A stretch of 63,990 bases of DNA, filler included, from Ferroacidibacillus organovorans (GTDB lineage: Bacteria > Bacillota > Bacilli > Alicyclobacillales > SLC66): NCBI RefSeq assembly GCF_001642725.1. It is 5 parts of 5 records of this genome, joined end to end, with 100 filler letters (N's around TTAATTAATTAA, not from the genome) between each part and the next. Parts side by side here need not be neighbours in the genome. Positions count along the whole stretch, not along the records: positions 43,731 to 56,973 come from NZ_LSUQ01000066.1; 4 more parts are not named here. One strand, written 5' to 3'. The notes beneath the pieces are model-generated. The model searched no databases, was not told where the DNA came from, and worked only from the letters and a program-made list of their open reading frames with translations. Shown piece after piece: positions 47,651 through 57,073 of this stretch (the first letter of the stretch is position 1; every line of letters begins with the position of its first letter). The position numbers and the translations under genes are program-made.

Positions 47651-48817
47651 TCACCGCGCGATTTCTTCATAGAGTTGCTCCACACTCGAGCGCACGCGCG
47701 CTGTCGAGAGGTGCGTCGCAGCGTACGCTTGCCCTTGCGTTGCGATCTGACTGCGCCGCTCGTCGCTTTCTAAGAGCTCGCGAAGTGCAGCGCCAAACCC
47801 GTCCGCATCCCCCGGGGCAACACGTATTCCGTGAACGCCTGACTCCGGCACTACCTGGCGAAGTCCACCCACATCCGAAACGACGACCGGAAGCCCCGCA
47901 ACCATCGCCTCTGCTACGGCGAGCCCAAATCCCTCCATCCGCGACGTCAGCACGAATACGTCCGCACGCGCAAGATACAGATCGACCTGATCGACCGCTC
48001 CTGCGAAAAAGATGCGCCCCGGCGCGAGCGAAGCGCCAAGCGCCTCCAACCGTTCACGCTCCTCACCCTCACCGACGAGCAACAGCGTGACGGCTCGGCC
48101 GCGCACCTCGGGAAGCGCGCTGACGGCTCGGATCAGCGTTTCGTGATCCTTTACCGCATGCAGCCGCGCGACACACACGATCACCCAAGCGTCTTCAGGC
48201 ATTCCAAGCGCGGCGATCTCATCCACACGCCCCACCGCCTCACGTGCGCTGTCCCGCGCCTCAGCGAGAGCGACCCCCGGCGCAATCACGCGTATCCGGT
48301 CGCGCTCGTACCCGCGTTGGCGAAGCACTTCTGCGAGCGGCTCAGAAACTGCAACGATCCGCATGGACATGCCGCGCGTCATACGCTCCAGACCGCGAAA
48401 GAAGACACCTTTTCGCCCCTGATAATCGAGCGCGAGATCGCTGTGGATCGTCGTCACCACATGCGTGCCCGTCCGCTCCCCGACGGCGCGCCCGAGCAGG
48501 CTCGCCTTTACTCCGTGTGTGTGCAGGATGAGTTGCTCCCCACCCGCGGCCCGTTCTCGCAGCAGCCCAAACGCGCGTATGAAGGAGGCTTCAACTGTCA
48601 CCGCAAACCCATCTCCGCGCAGTTTTTCCGCAAATGTCCTGTCGTAGAAGACGAGCGCCTCCGTCGCGATGCCGCTTTCACGCATTCCGATCATCATCTG
48701 GCGCACGTACACCTCCGCTCCGCCATACTCGCCCGCACCAATGATCTGAATGACACGATACGGCGCATGAGGGCGCAATTCCTTTGGATTTTGCACGCCG
48801 TCCTCTGTCTTGTACAA
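47651..48817 (-). CDS. GT4 family glycosyltransferase
   Basis: GGAE, VARLHAVKDH, EGFGLAVAEAM, SDVGG. Confidence 0.92.
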   Translation of the reverse strand: MYKTEDGVQNPKELRPHAPYRVIQIIGAGEYGGAEVYVRQMMIGMRESGIATEALVFYDRTFAEKLRGDGFAVTVEASFIRAFGLLRERAAGGEQLILHTHGVKASLLGRAVGERTGTHVVTTIHSDLALDYQGRKGVFFRGLERMTRGMSMRIVAVSEPLAEVLRQRGYERDRIRVIAPGVALAEARDSAREAVGRVDEIAALGMPEDAWVIVCVARLHAVKDHETLIRAVSALPEVRGRAVTLLLVGEGEERERLEALGASLAPGRIFFAGAVDQVDLYLARADVFVLTSRMEGFGLAVAEAMVAGLPVVVSDVGGLRQVVPESGVHGIRVAPGDADGFGAALRELLESDERRSQIATQGQAYAATHLSTARVRSSVEQLYEEIAR

Positions 48818-48890
48818 TCAAACCCATCCCCTTCATCTCGCCGAGCTGCATCTCAAAAACCCATTCAAGTGTAGAAAGGAGCGTGATCCT

Positions 48891-49529
48891 GTGACGGATG
48901 AACCTTCTCGCCATGTATCCTATCGCACCGTGAAAGAACCTGTCCACACGGAACTCGTCGAGAAAAAGTCGCGCTTTCTCTGCGACCTCGCGCCACTCAC
49001 GACCGAAGAGACGGCGGCAGAGATGTTGCGGACGATTCGCAAGCGTGAACCTGACGCGTCCCACCACTGTAGTGCGCTTCGCCTACAAAGTGGAATCGAG
49101 CGCAGCCATGACGACGGCGAACCCTCCGGTACCGCCGGACGCCCCATGCTCCACGTGCTTGCGGCGCATCACCTCGTCGACGTGTTTGCCGTCGTCACCC
49201 GCTATTTCGGCGGCACGCTGCTCGGCGCAGGCGGGCTTGTCCGAGCTTACTCGGAAGCGGTGTCTGCCGCGATCCGCGAGGCGACCGTGCTCACGTACGC
49301 ACTCCACCATCAGTACGATGTCCACGTCCCCTATGCGCTGTATGATCGCGTGCGCGCCGCACTCGAAGCGCATGACTGGCGGATCGAGGCAACATTTGCG
49401 GAGGATGTCACGCTCACCGTGATTGCGCCTGCCATCGATGTGCCGCTGCTTTCAGCGCTGCTCTCAGCCAACGCGCAGCTTCACATACTGCCCGAACCGC
49501 GCGCTCAAACCCTGCTCCCCTTGCTCTGA
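48891..49529 (+). CDS. YigZ/IMPACT family protein
   Basis: EKKSRF, ASHHCSA, DDGEPSGTAG, RYFGGTLLGAGGLVRAY. Confidence 0.95.
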   Translation: MTDEPSRHVSYRTVKEPVHTELVEKKSRFLCDLAPLTTEETAAEMLRTIRKREPDASHHCSALRLQSGIERSHDDGEPSGTAGRPMLHVLAAHHLVDVFAVVTRYFGGTLLGAGGLVRAYSEAVSAAIREATVLTYALHHQYDVHVPYALYDRVRAALEAHDWRIEATFAEDVTLTVIAPAIDVPLLSALLSANAQLHILPEPRAQTLLPLL

Positions 49530-50098
49530 CCTTTCACCATCATGAGCACCACCGCCGCAATCTGTTCCCAGGTCGGCGCAGCATACTCGTATCCGGCGAC
49601 CACCTCCGCGATGCGCTCCATCATGCGATCAGCCCCTGTTTGCTCCCGCGCACGTTGCAGCGCCAATTCACTCCTGCCCCAATCGACTTGCTCCCGCACG
49701 CTCTTTGGTCGCTGCGTTGTCACAAGCGTGTGTCCACCACGCAGGATCACGCGCGCCGTGTCATTTCTCTCATCCACAGCTTCAATCTGGTCGAGCGCCA
49801 CGTACCCATAGACCGGATCGCCTGTCACGCGCGGCGCTATCAACTTGAAACTGACGAAACAGCCACCGCGAACGACGAGCGGCACATGGTGATAGCCACG
49901 CTCAGAGCGGCGCGCCTTTCGGTAGAGTTTCGGGTCAATCCCGTCCTCGCGAAGCAAAAGGCGCAAAAGGTTCATCGGCTTTCGCCTCTCCTCCCGCACA
50001 CTCCCGTCGCGCAGGATCACGCGTGATGTAAGCCCAGTTCCCGTGTCGTAGGTGGGGCAGATTGCTGAGACGTCGCGCAGTCTGATTTGATTTGACAT
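49505..50098 (-). CDS. ComK-like protein
   Basis: AICPTY..G..SRVIL, HHVPLVV...FVSFK...YGYVALDQI pattern as recalled for ComK-family proteins. Confidence 0.5.
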   Translation of the reverse strand: MSNQIRLRDVSAICPTYDTGTGLTSRVILRDGSVREERRKPMNLLRLLLREDGIDPKLYRKARRSERGYHHVPLVVRGGCFVSFKLIAPRVTGDPVYGYVALDQIEAVDERNDTARVILRGGHTLVTTQRPKSVREQVDWGRSELALQRAREQTGADRMMERIAEVVAGYEYAAPTWEQIAAVVLMMVKGQSKGSRV

Positions 50099-50327
50099 CC
50101 ATAAACCCTCATCTCACAGTAGGTGTGTAATTCCCGGATATTTATAAAAACCATACAATTATGAGTTCATGTTTACAATGATGTATAGGATATGGGCATA
50201 TAGTTTTGTATGATTCACTCCTTTTTATTGCTAATTTCATAAACTTGCCACCTGTACGCTCGCTCGATTTTTGCATACGATTCGTTTGGGCGCCACGTGG
50301 ATAGGACCGGTCCGGAAAGAGAATACG

Positions 50328-50894
50328 ATGAATTATGATGAACTGAATGCCTATGTACTGCGAGCAAAGCAGGGTGACCGCGACGCGGCAGAGATCCTTT
50401 GTGAGGCACTGACCCCGATGATCTTGTCGTCCATGCGCACGTATCGAGCCATTTCACGCCCTGCGGATCGGGATGATTTGGTACAAATCGGCTACGAGGC
50501 GTTGCTCGGCGCAATTCGCGACTTTGATGCGGAGCGGGGTGTCTATTTCCTACACTTTTTGAAGGTGCGTCTCTATGCTGCACTGCGCACAGAGACAAGG
50601 CGGCGTGCCCGCGCTTCGGAGCGTGATGTGTATGATTCGGCAGATGAGGATGGAATCACGTTTGACTGGCCGGATGTGCAAGCGCGCATACCGTTTGATC
50701 ACGTGGAATTGCGACAATTATTTGGAAGGCTGTCCCCGCGTGAGCGACAGGCGATGGAGTTTGTGCTCGCGACATCAGGCACGATGCGCGAGTTAGCGGA
50801 ACAGTCCGGCGTGGGCGTAGAGACCGCCAAAACGTGGCTGAAGCGGGCGCGCAAGAAACTGCAGACTGAAATCCGCTTGGAGAAAGGGGAGTAG
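50328..50894 (+). CDS. Alternative sigma-70 factor (SigH/ECF-like)
   Basis: AKQGDRDA, DRDDLVQIGYEALLGAIRDFDAERGVYF region 2; region 4 HTH. Confidence 0.88.
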   Translation: MNYDELNAYVLRAKQGDRDAAEILCEALTPMILSSMRTYRAISRPADRDDLVQIGYEALLGAIRDFDAERGVYFLHFLKVRLYAALRTETRRRARASERDVYDSADEDGITFDWPDVQARIPFDHVELRQLFGRLSPRERQAMEFVLATSGTMRELAEQSGVGVETAKTWLKRARKKLQTEIRLEKGE

Positions 50895-50960
50895 ACGAAC
50901 ACGGCGCGGGGGTAGGCGAGCGATGCCGACGCCCCTTTCGCCTAACCATCGCGCAGATTG

Positions 50961-51134
50961 CTAATTCAAACCATTTTGCAATTCTTTCACCTGTTCTTGA
51001 TCCAAACCCGTCATGGCAACCACGGTATCAACACTCATTCCATTACGCAGCATGTTTCGCGCGATTTCCATTTTGGCTAAGACTTCCCCACGCGCCTCCG
51101 CCTCTATTTCAATTTCCTTTACAATATTTCGCAT
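50961..51134 (-). CDS. Putative internally initiated small protein (RpnS-like, 57 aa)
   Basis: In-frame ATG at 51134 preceded by AAGGAGG at 8-nt spacing. Confidence 0.55.
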   Translation of the reverse strand: MRNIVKEIEIEAEARGEVLAKMEIARNMLRNGMSVDTVVAMTGLDQEQVKELQNGLN

Positions 51135-51773
51135 TCTCAAAACCTCCTTAAGAATTTTCGCGTCCGATTCTTCCATCATTTTACCGCTCAACTCAAGAAG
51201 AATTGCCGCCATAAAATTTTGTTCATCTTGGTCTGGAATCGACATTGCTAACTCCACCGTTCTCTGCACAATCTGGCGATCCGAGAATCCTGGGTGGCTC
51301 ATGTGCGGTGCAAACGCTAAATCAAAACGGCTCTCTGGCTGCCAATCGTCATTTTGCAACTGTCGCTCCACGCGTTCCAACACGCGAATCGCGTCACGGG
51401 ATTTCAAATATACATTTTCTACTTTGTACTGAATCCCACCCGCATCCATAGAATCAGGCGCGGCAACCACATCCTTCACGTAGAACACGACTGTGCGTAC
51501 ACGTTTTCGGTACTGCGCTGATAGGTGTGCATCGTAAAGCAAAAATCGATAGAGATTCGTTTCCTTCGTCGTCTGAAACTCAAAGTGAAGAAGTTCACTG
51601 CGATCCGTTTCAAATGCAAGATCCAAAAAGTTCTGCCGAATCTCGACATTGGCAAGTTCCGTAGGATACGCGCGCACGATTTTTTCATCGTGAATCCCCA
51701 TCCAATCAAGCGCTGCATCGTGAAACGCCCCAACCAAATACTTTAGCAAAATGTCCGATCCATTGCGCGGCAT
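50961..51773 (-). CDS. Rpn-like / PD-(D/E)XK family protein
   Basis: LDLAFE...LHFEFQ..., RFLLY, C-terminal EIARNMLRNGMSVDTVVAMTGL tail typical of Rpn/Transposase_31-like proteins. Confidence 0.7.
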   Translation of the reverse strand: MPRNGSDILLKYLVGAFHDAALDWMGIHDEKIVRAYPTELANVEIRQNFLDLAFETDRSELLHFEFQTTKETNLYRFLLYDAHLSAQYRKRVRTVVFYVKDVVAAPDSMDAGGIQYKVENVYLKSRDAIRVLERVERQLQNDDWQPESRFDLAFAPHMSHPGFSDRQIVQRTVELAMSIPDQDEQNFMAAILLELSGKMMEESDAKILKEVLRMRNIVKEIEIEAEARGEVLAKMEIARNMLRNGMSVDTVVAMTGLDQEQVKELQNGLN

Positions 51774-52017
51774 TCAGCACCGTCCTTTATCTATTATACG
51801 ATCATACGATTCGCGTGAAAAGTCTGCCGCATCCCCATCCAGCTATAAAAAAGCTCACAGTTCCAAAATGCGTCACCCGAATCGATGAACCGTCATTTGA
51901 AACCGTGAGCTTATATCGTGCTGTCCTATCCGAAAGGTGATTCATGTCTTCGTTTGAGTTAAGAGCGCATGGCGTACTGTCGTTTCAAACACACCGCCTC
52001 CACCCACAAGCCCGCTT

Positions 52018-52836
52018 CTACAGCGAATTCGCGAGCCCCATCATCTTGTCCGCGATATTGACCGCTTGTGACGCCATGCCAAAGTCGTGCTGTGTCACAA
52101 CCATCGAGGTCATTTGATCGGTCAGGTTCACATTGGACATCTCAAGCGCGCCGCTTTGCACCTGCCCAATGGCAGACGCAGCCGCGGCACCCGCTGTTAT
52201 CGGCGTAGCCGTGTACCCCGGATTTAGTCCGTACAGATCGGCGCCCAGACTGTGCAGCGCGCTTCCGGGGTGCGCGACCTCGACAAGCCCCAATTGCCCG
52301 AGGCGCACGACAGCCCCAGCCGTACTTTTCGCGGTGACCACGCCTGACGGAGAAACAGAGAGCGTGTTCGTCTGAATCGCGTTTCCGTCAATGACGCGCC
52401 CATTCGACAAAAGTAGCGGATTCCCGTTTTGATTTGTAAGAATCATATGACCTGTCCGGCCATCGACGCTCCACTGCATTTGCCCTGCGCGCGTATACGC
52501 CGCTTGTCCATTCGCCGCGCGAACCGTGAAGAAACCCCCTCCGCCAATGGCAAAGTCAAGCGGGTTGCCCGTTTGTACGATCGCCCCCTGCGTAAACGAG
52601 CGCGTTGGCGTCAATGCGTATACGCCCGTGCCGAGTGAGAGTCCGGGCGGCGATTGACGTCCCGGGACATTGGCGGCGACCGGCGACTGCCCATAAACTT
52701 GCGTGAGCGTGTTGGCGAAATTCGTATCGACCGACTGATAACCAACGGTATCGAGGTTTGCAATATTGTTTGAGATCATATCAAGGCGATTCGTCTGCGC
52801 TTGCAGTCCGGACGCCGCCGTGCTGAGCAGTCCCAC
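52018..52836 (-). CDS. flgG: Flagellar rod/hook-basal body protein (FlgG/FlhP-like)
   Basis: SNNIANLDTVGY, TGNPLDFAIGG.GFF, YTRAG, LEMSNVNL. Confidence 0.88.
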   Translation of the reverse strand: MGLLSTAASGLQAQTNRLDMISNNIANLDTVGYQSVDTNFANTLTQVYGQSPVAANVPGRQSPPGLSLGTGVYALTPTRSFTQGAIVQTGNPLDFAIGGGGFFTVRAANGQAAYTRAGQMQWSVDGRTGHMILTNQNGNPLLLSNGRVIDGNAIQTNTLSVSPSGVVTAKSTAGAVVRLGQLGLVEVAHPGSALHSLGADLYGLNPGYTATPITAGAAAASAIGQVQSGALEMSNVNLTDQMTSMVVTQHDFGMASQAVNIADKMMGLANSL

Positions 52837-52863
52837 GATGTCTCACCCTTTCGCTCATATAAA

Positions 52864-54054
52864 CTATAGGTTGGGCACACTTCCGACATCCTGTACCGTT
52901 TTCGAGAGCGTCTTGTCGATCAACTGAATCATCTTCTGGTTCGCCTCATAGCTGCGATACACGTCGATCATATTCACCATGTTTTGTGTCCCGCTCGCGT
53001 TTGACGATTCAAGCGCGCCCGACTTCACCGTTGCGTTAGAACGGTAGAGCGTTGAAGCCGGCGTCAGCACATACTCATTTGCGCCGAGTGGTTGAATCGT
53101 TTGGACATCCACGTTGACCGGTGCAAACGTCGCCCCACCCAGCGGTTGCCCGTTCGCGTTCACAACCGTATACGAAGGGTGCCCCGCCTGATCAAGGACT
53201 GGCGCGCCTGTCGGAGAAAAAATCGTCGTCCCCTGATACGCTGGGTTCAGTTTAATCCGCGAGCCAAGCAGCACCTGTCCATTCGGTCCCGTACCGAGCA
53301 GCGCCTGCCCCGTCGAGCTGATGAGAAATCCGTTGCTGCCGACTGACAACTGTCCATCCCGCGTAAGCGCCAGTCGCGTATTCCCTTGCGCATCGACGTT
53401 TAGCACCGGAAAAAACGCGTGGATACCGCCCGTTTGTGACGAGACGATCTGCACCGCCGCCTGCGCGTTTGGCGTATTGACCGCGAGCGGTTGCCCCGTC
53501 TTTGACACCACGCGGTACGACTCGTTTCCCTGCGCGTCAACCACAGGACTGCCCGCCGCGCCAAAAAGCGCTGCGCCGTGATACGCAGGATTGACAAGTA
53601 CGCGCGCCCCCGCAATCGGACTGCCATTCGCGTCAACCGGCAAGATCGGCTGCCCCGCCCCCGTCTCAATCACCCCGCCGCGTCCAACGATAAACTGCGT
53701 CGTGCTCACGGGCGCCGGACCCTTCGCAGTCTGCGCGTACACTGTGTCGCCTGTCGCCGCGGGATCAATCAGCGCGAGGTCGAGCGGACGGTTTGTCGTC
53801 TGCGTTAGACCCGGCGAGAAGTTTGAAACGGACTCCTGAAAGTAGGCCCCGTTTTGCATCATGCCAAGCGTAACCGCGCCCGCCCCGTTTGAGCCTGACG
53901 AGTAGCGCTGTGCCAACTGCTCTGGAAACGACATCAACTGCCCCGACGACTGTTTGAACCCAGGCGTCGAGAGGTTCGCAATGTTGTTCATAATCACCTG
54001 TTGCAGGCGCTCATCCGCGAGCATCCCTGAAGCAGCTGAAGAGAGTCCATCCAT
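52864..54054 (-). CDS. Flagellar rod protein (FlgF/FlhO-like) with duplicated insert
   Basis: NNIANLSTPGFK, TNRPLDLAL, LTRDG, LESSN, YRSYEANQK. Confidence 0.85.
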   Translation of the reverse strand: MDGLSSAASGMLADERLQQVIMNNIANLSTPGFKQSSGQLMSFPEQLAQRYSSGSNGAGAVTLGMMQNGAYFQESVSNFSPGLTQTTNRPLDLALIDPAATGDTVYAQTAKGPAPVSTTQFIVGRGGVIETGAGQPILPVDANGSPIAGARVLVNPAYHGAALFGAAGSPVVDAQGNESYRVVSKTGQPLAVNTPNAQAAVQIVSSQTGGIHAFFPVLNVDAQGNTRLALTRDGQLSVGSNGFLISSTGQALLGTGPNGQVLLGSRIKLNPAYQGTTIFSPTGAPVLDQAGHPSYTVVNANGQPLGGATFAPVNVDVQTIQPLGANEYVLTPASTLYRSNATVKSGALESSNASGTQNMVNMIDVYRSYEANQKMIQLIDKTLSKTVQDVGSVPNL

Positions 54055-54148
54055 CGCTTCAATCCCCCATTTCAATCCCGCCCCGACAGGGCGCAAACCG
54101 GATTCTACACGCGCACAGGTTTAGCCGCGTCCGCAGTGCTCACACACA

Positions 54149-55195
54149 TCACAAGCCGCGACCGCGCAGATCCCTTAGCGGCGCACGCGTCGTCATCGAG
54201 GTGGACGGCTTGCCCCACCTGTCAATATTGTCGAGAAACTCGCCCGTTCCGCGCGCCACGCACGTCATCGGATCATCCGCCACGTACACAGGCACCTGAA
54301 GCTCGTCCATCATGAGCTTGTCCATTCCGTGCACCAGCGCGCCGCCTCCCGTCAAGACAATCCCGCGATCAAAAATGTCTGCCGCGAGTTCCGGCGGCGT
54401 TTTTTCAAGCACACTCTTGGCGGTCGCAACGATCGACTGCACCGAATCTTCGAGCGCTACGGCAAGCTCCGAGGTGCGAATCATTACGGTTTTTGGGAGC
54501 CCCGACACCATATCCCGTCCGCGCACATCAATCTCTTCGTTCCGTCCTGTCGGGAATACAGACACCACTTGAATCTTTATATCTTCCGCAGTGCGCTCGC
54601 CAATCAAAAGATTGTGCTGGCGTTTTATATATCGGGCAATCGCCTCGTCGAACTTGTCCCCTGCGATCCGAATAGAAGAGGCGGTGACGACGTCTCCGAG
54701 AGACAATACGGCAACATCCGTCGTACCTCCGCCAATATCAACGACCATGCTGCCACTCGGTTTCGTAATATCGATTCCGGCGCCTATCGCAGCGGCCTTT
54801 GGTTCTTCAATCAGATACACCTGTTTCGCGCCCGCGGCCTCTGTGGCCTGTCGGACAGCCTTTTGCTCCACCGATGTGATGTTTGCAGGGATACAAACCG
54901 CGACGCGGGGGCGAGAGAAAAGTCCTTTCCCGATCGTTTTGGCAATAAAGTGTTTCAACATAATCTCCGTAATCTCAAAATCCGCAATGACCCCTTCACG
55001 CAGCGGACGAATCGCCACAATGTTGCCCGGCGTGCGCCCGAGCATCCGGCGCGCTTCTTCGCCGACTGCCACTACGCGCTTTGTATGACTCTCAATCGCG
55101 ACGACAGAAGGTTCGTTGAGGACAATCCCTTTCCCCTTTACATGAACAAGTACATTCGCAGTTCCTAAATCGACGCCGATATCCCGACCAAACAT
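54149..55195 (-). CDS. mbl: MreB-like protein
   Basis: DLGTAN, VDIGGGTT, LTGGGAL; spoIIID-mbl-flhO-flhP synteny. Confidence 0.93.
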   Translation of the reverse strand: MFGRDIGVDLGTANVLVHVKGKGIVLNEPSVVAIESHTKRVVAVGEEARRMLGRTPGNIVAIRPLREGVIADFEITEIMLKHFIAKTIGKGLFSRPRVAVCIPANITSVEQKAVRQATEAAGAKQVYLIEEPKAAAIGAGIDITKPSGSMVVDIGGGTTDVAVLSLGDVVTASSIRIAGDKFDEAIARYIKRQHNLLIGERTAEDIKIQVVSVFPTGRNEEIDVRGRDMVSGLPKTVMIRTSELAVALEDSVQSIVATAKSVLEKTPPELAADIFDRGIVLTGGGALVHGMDKLMMDELQVPVYVADDPMTCVARGTGEFLDNIDRWGKPSTSMTTRAPLRDLRGRGL

Positions 55196-55279
55196 ACTTT
55201 CAAATTTCCCTTCATCAACCAAACTAAGCGCAACCGCTTAGGCGACGATGCAAACGTACATCACGCTTTAGTTTCTGTT

Positions 55280-55588
55280 CTACACTCGACTGCTAAATCC
55301 TCTCGCCAGTGAGAGTTTTTTCGTAATTTTCGTCGTCGGCTCATCCTTTCTGTATTTTTCCTTCGTCGCCTCACCCCCCCGCAGGTGGCGAATCGATTTG
55401 TGGTACTCAAGAATTTCCTTGACACGATTCGCTAGATCCGGATTGATTTCGGGCAGCCGCTCTGTCAGGTCTTTATGCACGGTGCTCTTGGATACGCCGA
55501 ATTCACGGGCGATCGTGCGAACCGTATTGCGCGTTTCGACGATGTACTCCCCGATTTTGATCGTGCGCTCCTTAATGTAATCGTGCAC
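55280..55588 (-). CDS. spoIIID: Sporulation transcription factor
   Basis: HDYIKERTIKIG...FGVSKSTVHKDLTERL...RHLRGGEAT. Confidence 0.97.
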   Translation of the reverse strand: MHDYIKERTIKIGEYIVETRNTVRTIAREFGVSKSTVHKDLTERLPEINPDLANRVKEILEYHKSIRHLRGGEATKEKYRKDEPTTKITKKLSLARGFSSRV

Positions 55589-55621
55589 ACCCTCGCCTCC
55601 CCACTGTCGCAAGTCTGCTAC

Positions 55622-55650
55622 AGTATATGAGGGGGTGACTAGCGTATGCC
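55622..55650 (-). promoter_or_regulatory. Putative SigE promoter of spoIIID
   Basis: GCATACG...CATATACT. Confidence 0.6.
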
Positions 55651-55736
55651 TGATCTCCGTACACGCTGTGCATTATCTCTGAATATCGCCTATTTGCTCG
55701 TCCATTCTCCCTCTATCATCCCGATTTAATAGCATA

Positions 55737-55775
55737 GAAAGGGTCGCCCGACCTTGTTTTGGGGGCGACCTTTTC
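55737..55775 (-). terminator. Probable terminator after spoIIQ-like gene
   Basis: GAAAGGGTCGCCC...GGGCGACCTTTTC inverted repeat. Confidence 0.6.
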
Positions 55776-55871
55776 GTTTCATTTAATTGCTAGAGGCACT
55801 CGGCAAACTCTAGCATCTGCGTGTTTCTCTGAATCCAACTGCGGATGCGCGCGACCCGCAACCTTATCAAC

Positions 55872-56579
55872 TTAAACCTGCGTTTTGGGGAGCACTGTAG
55901 CCGGGTTCACGTATGCGCCATCCTTTTGAACCTCAAAGAAGAGATGGTTGCCAAGCGACTGTTCCTCAGCGTTAAATCCGCTCGTTCCAATCGCCTGTCC
56001 CTGCGCGACATGCTCTCCAACCTTTACCTTCACGGCGCCCAGCGACTGATAGATTGTGCTGAGCCCATTTCCGTCAGAGATTGCCACCGTCTCGCCCATC
56101 AGCAGTGAGTCATGCACATCTGTCACCGTACCGCCTGCTGCCGCGACGACAGGGAATGGCTTGCTGCTGTTTGCCACACCAAAGTCGTAGCCCGTCGATC
56201 CCGTGTACCCGTTGTCGAAGTAGACGAGTTCTTTTGCGAGACTCGTAGTGGTTACGCCAGGCGCCGTTCGGTCATAGTAACCGCGCTCAATGCTCATTCC
56301 ACTCAGCGTAGATGGAACAGGCCACCCCCACGTGTTGCTAGAAACCGTTGTCACAGGCGTCGTCGCGCTCGGTTTGACCCCAGCATATTCTCGATGTGTT
56401 TGAACATACATAAGGCCAATGATCAAGGCAGCAACCGTTAGGTAGAGTGCCGGGTACACCACACGTTTTGAGCGAAACCAGCCGCGCCGCGTCATGCGCG
56501 TTCCTTCGTGTGAATCTTGTTCAGGCGCTGGCGTTTCCGTTGTCTCAGCGCCGATTTGACGATCATCATCATGATTCAT
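55872..56579 (-). CDS. spoIIQ: M23 (LytM) domain membrane protein, SpoIIQ-like
   Basis: VYPALYL TM; degenerate M23 (TGYDF, YQSL, HLFFEV); upstream of spoIIID. Confidence 0.8.
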   Translation of the reverse strand: MNHDDDRQIGAETTETPAPEQDSHEGTRMTRRGWFRSKRVVYPALYLTVAALIIGLMYVQTHREYAGVKPSATTPVTTVSSNTWGWPVPSTLSGMSIERGYYDRTAPGVTTTSLAKELVYFDNGYTGSTGYDFGVANSSKPFPVVAAAGGTVTDVHDSLLMGETVAISDGNGLSTIYQSLGAVKVKVGEHVAQGQAIGTSGFNAEEQSLGNHLFFEVQKDGAYVNPATVLPKTQV

Positions 56580-56598
56580 CTCAATCACCTCACTCCGC

Positions 56599-56627
56599 AT
56601 TCTTGCCAGATTGAGGTAGTCTTAAAC
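56599..56627 (-). promoter_or_regulatory. Putative SigF promoter of spoIIQ
   Basis: GTTTA-15-GGCAAGAAT. Confidence 0.65.
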
Positions 56628-56653
56628 GAGGTTGACACACAATTCTATTCTTT

Positions 56654-56833
56654 TTAGTAAAGAGGCATCTCCTCCTTCTCTTCATCAGCGGTCGTTCCTT
56701 CTCCTCCCACCGCGTTCGCTTCCATCTCTGGCGCCGCATAGATCGCATCGGCCGCTTCCGGCAGATAGGTTAGTGTCGCGCCGCGTTTCACCATTTCCCA
56801 ATAGGAACTCATCAAATTGAGAATCCTTTGCAT
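56654..56833 (-). CDS. Small hypothetical protein (59 aa, not in ORF track)
   Basis: GGAGGTG RBS; MQRILNLMSSYWEMVKRG...EEKEEMPLY*. Confidence 0.6.
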   Translation of the reverse strand: MQRILNLMSSYWEMVKRGATLTYLPEAADAIYAAPEMEANAVGGEGTTADEEKEEMPLY

Positions 56834-56868
56834 GGTAACACCTCCATACTCTAGGGTTCCCCAAACAG

Positions 56869-56901
56869 AAAAAAACTGTCAGGATTTCCCCGACAGTTTC
56901 A
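56869..56901 (-). terminator. Intrinsic terminator
   Basis: AAACTGTCGGGG-aaa-TCCTGACAGTTTTTTT on the minus strand. Confidence 0.7.
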
Positions 56902-56973
56902 TCTTCTTTTACGGTAAAATCGCGGCACGACACTCCAGCTTCAGTGCGACGAAACCAGCTTCAGGTGCGTATT

Positions 56974-57073
56974 NNNNNNNNNNNNNNNNNNNNNNNNNNN
57001 NNNNNNNNNNNNNNNNNTTAATTAATTAANNNNNNNNNNNNNNNNNNNNNNNNNNNNNNNNNNNNNNNNNNNN
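56974..57073. other. Artificial contig linker
   Basis: N run with TTAATTAATTAA. Confidence 0.97.
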
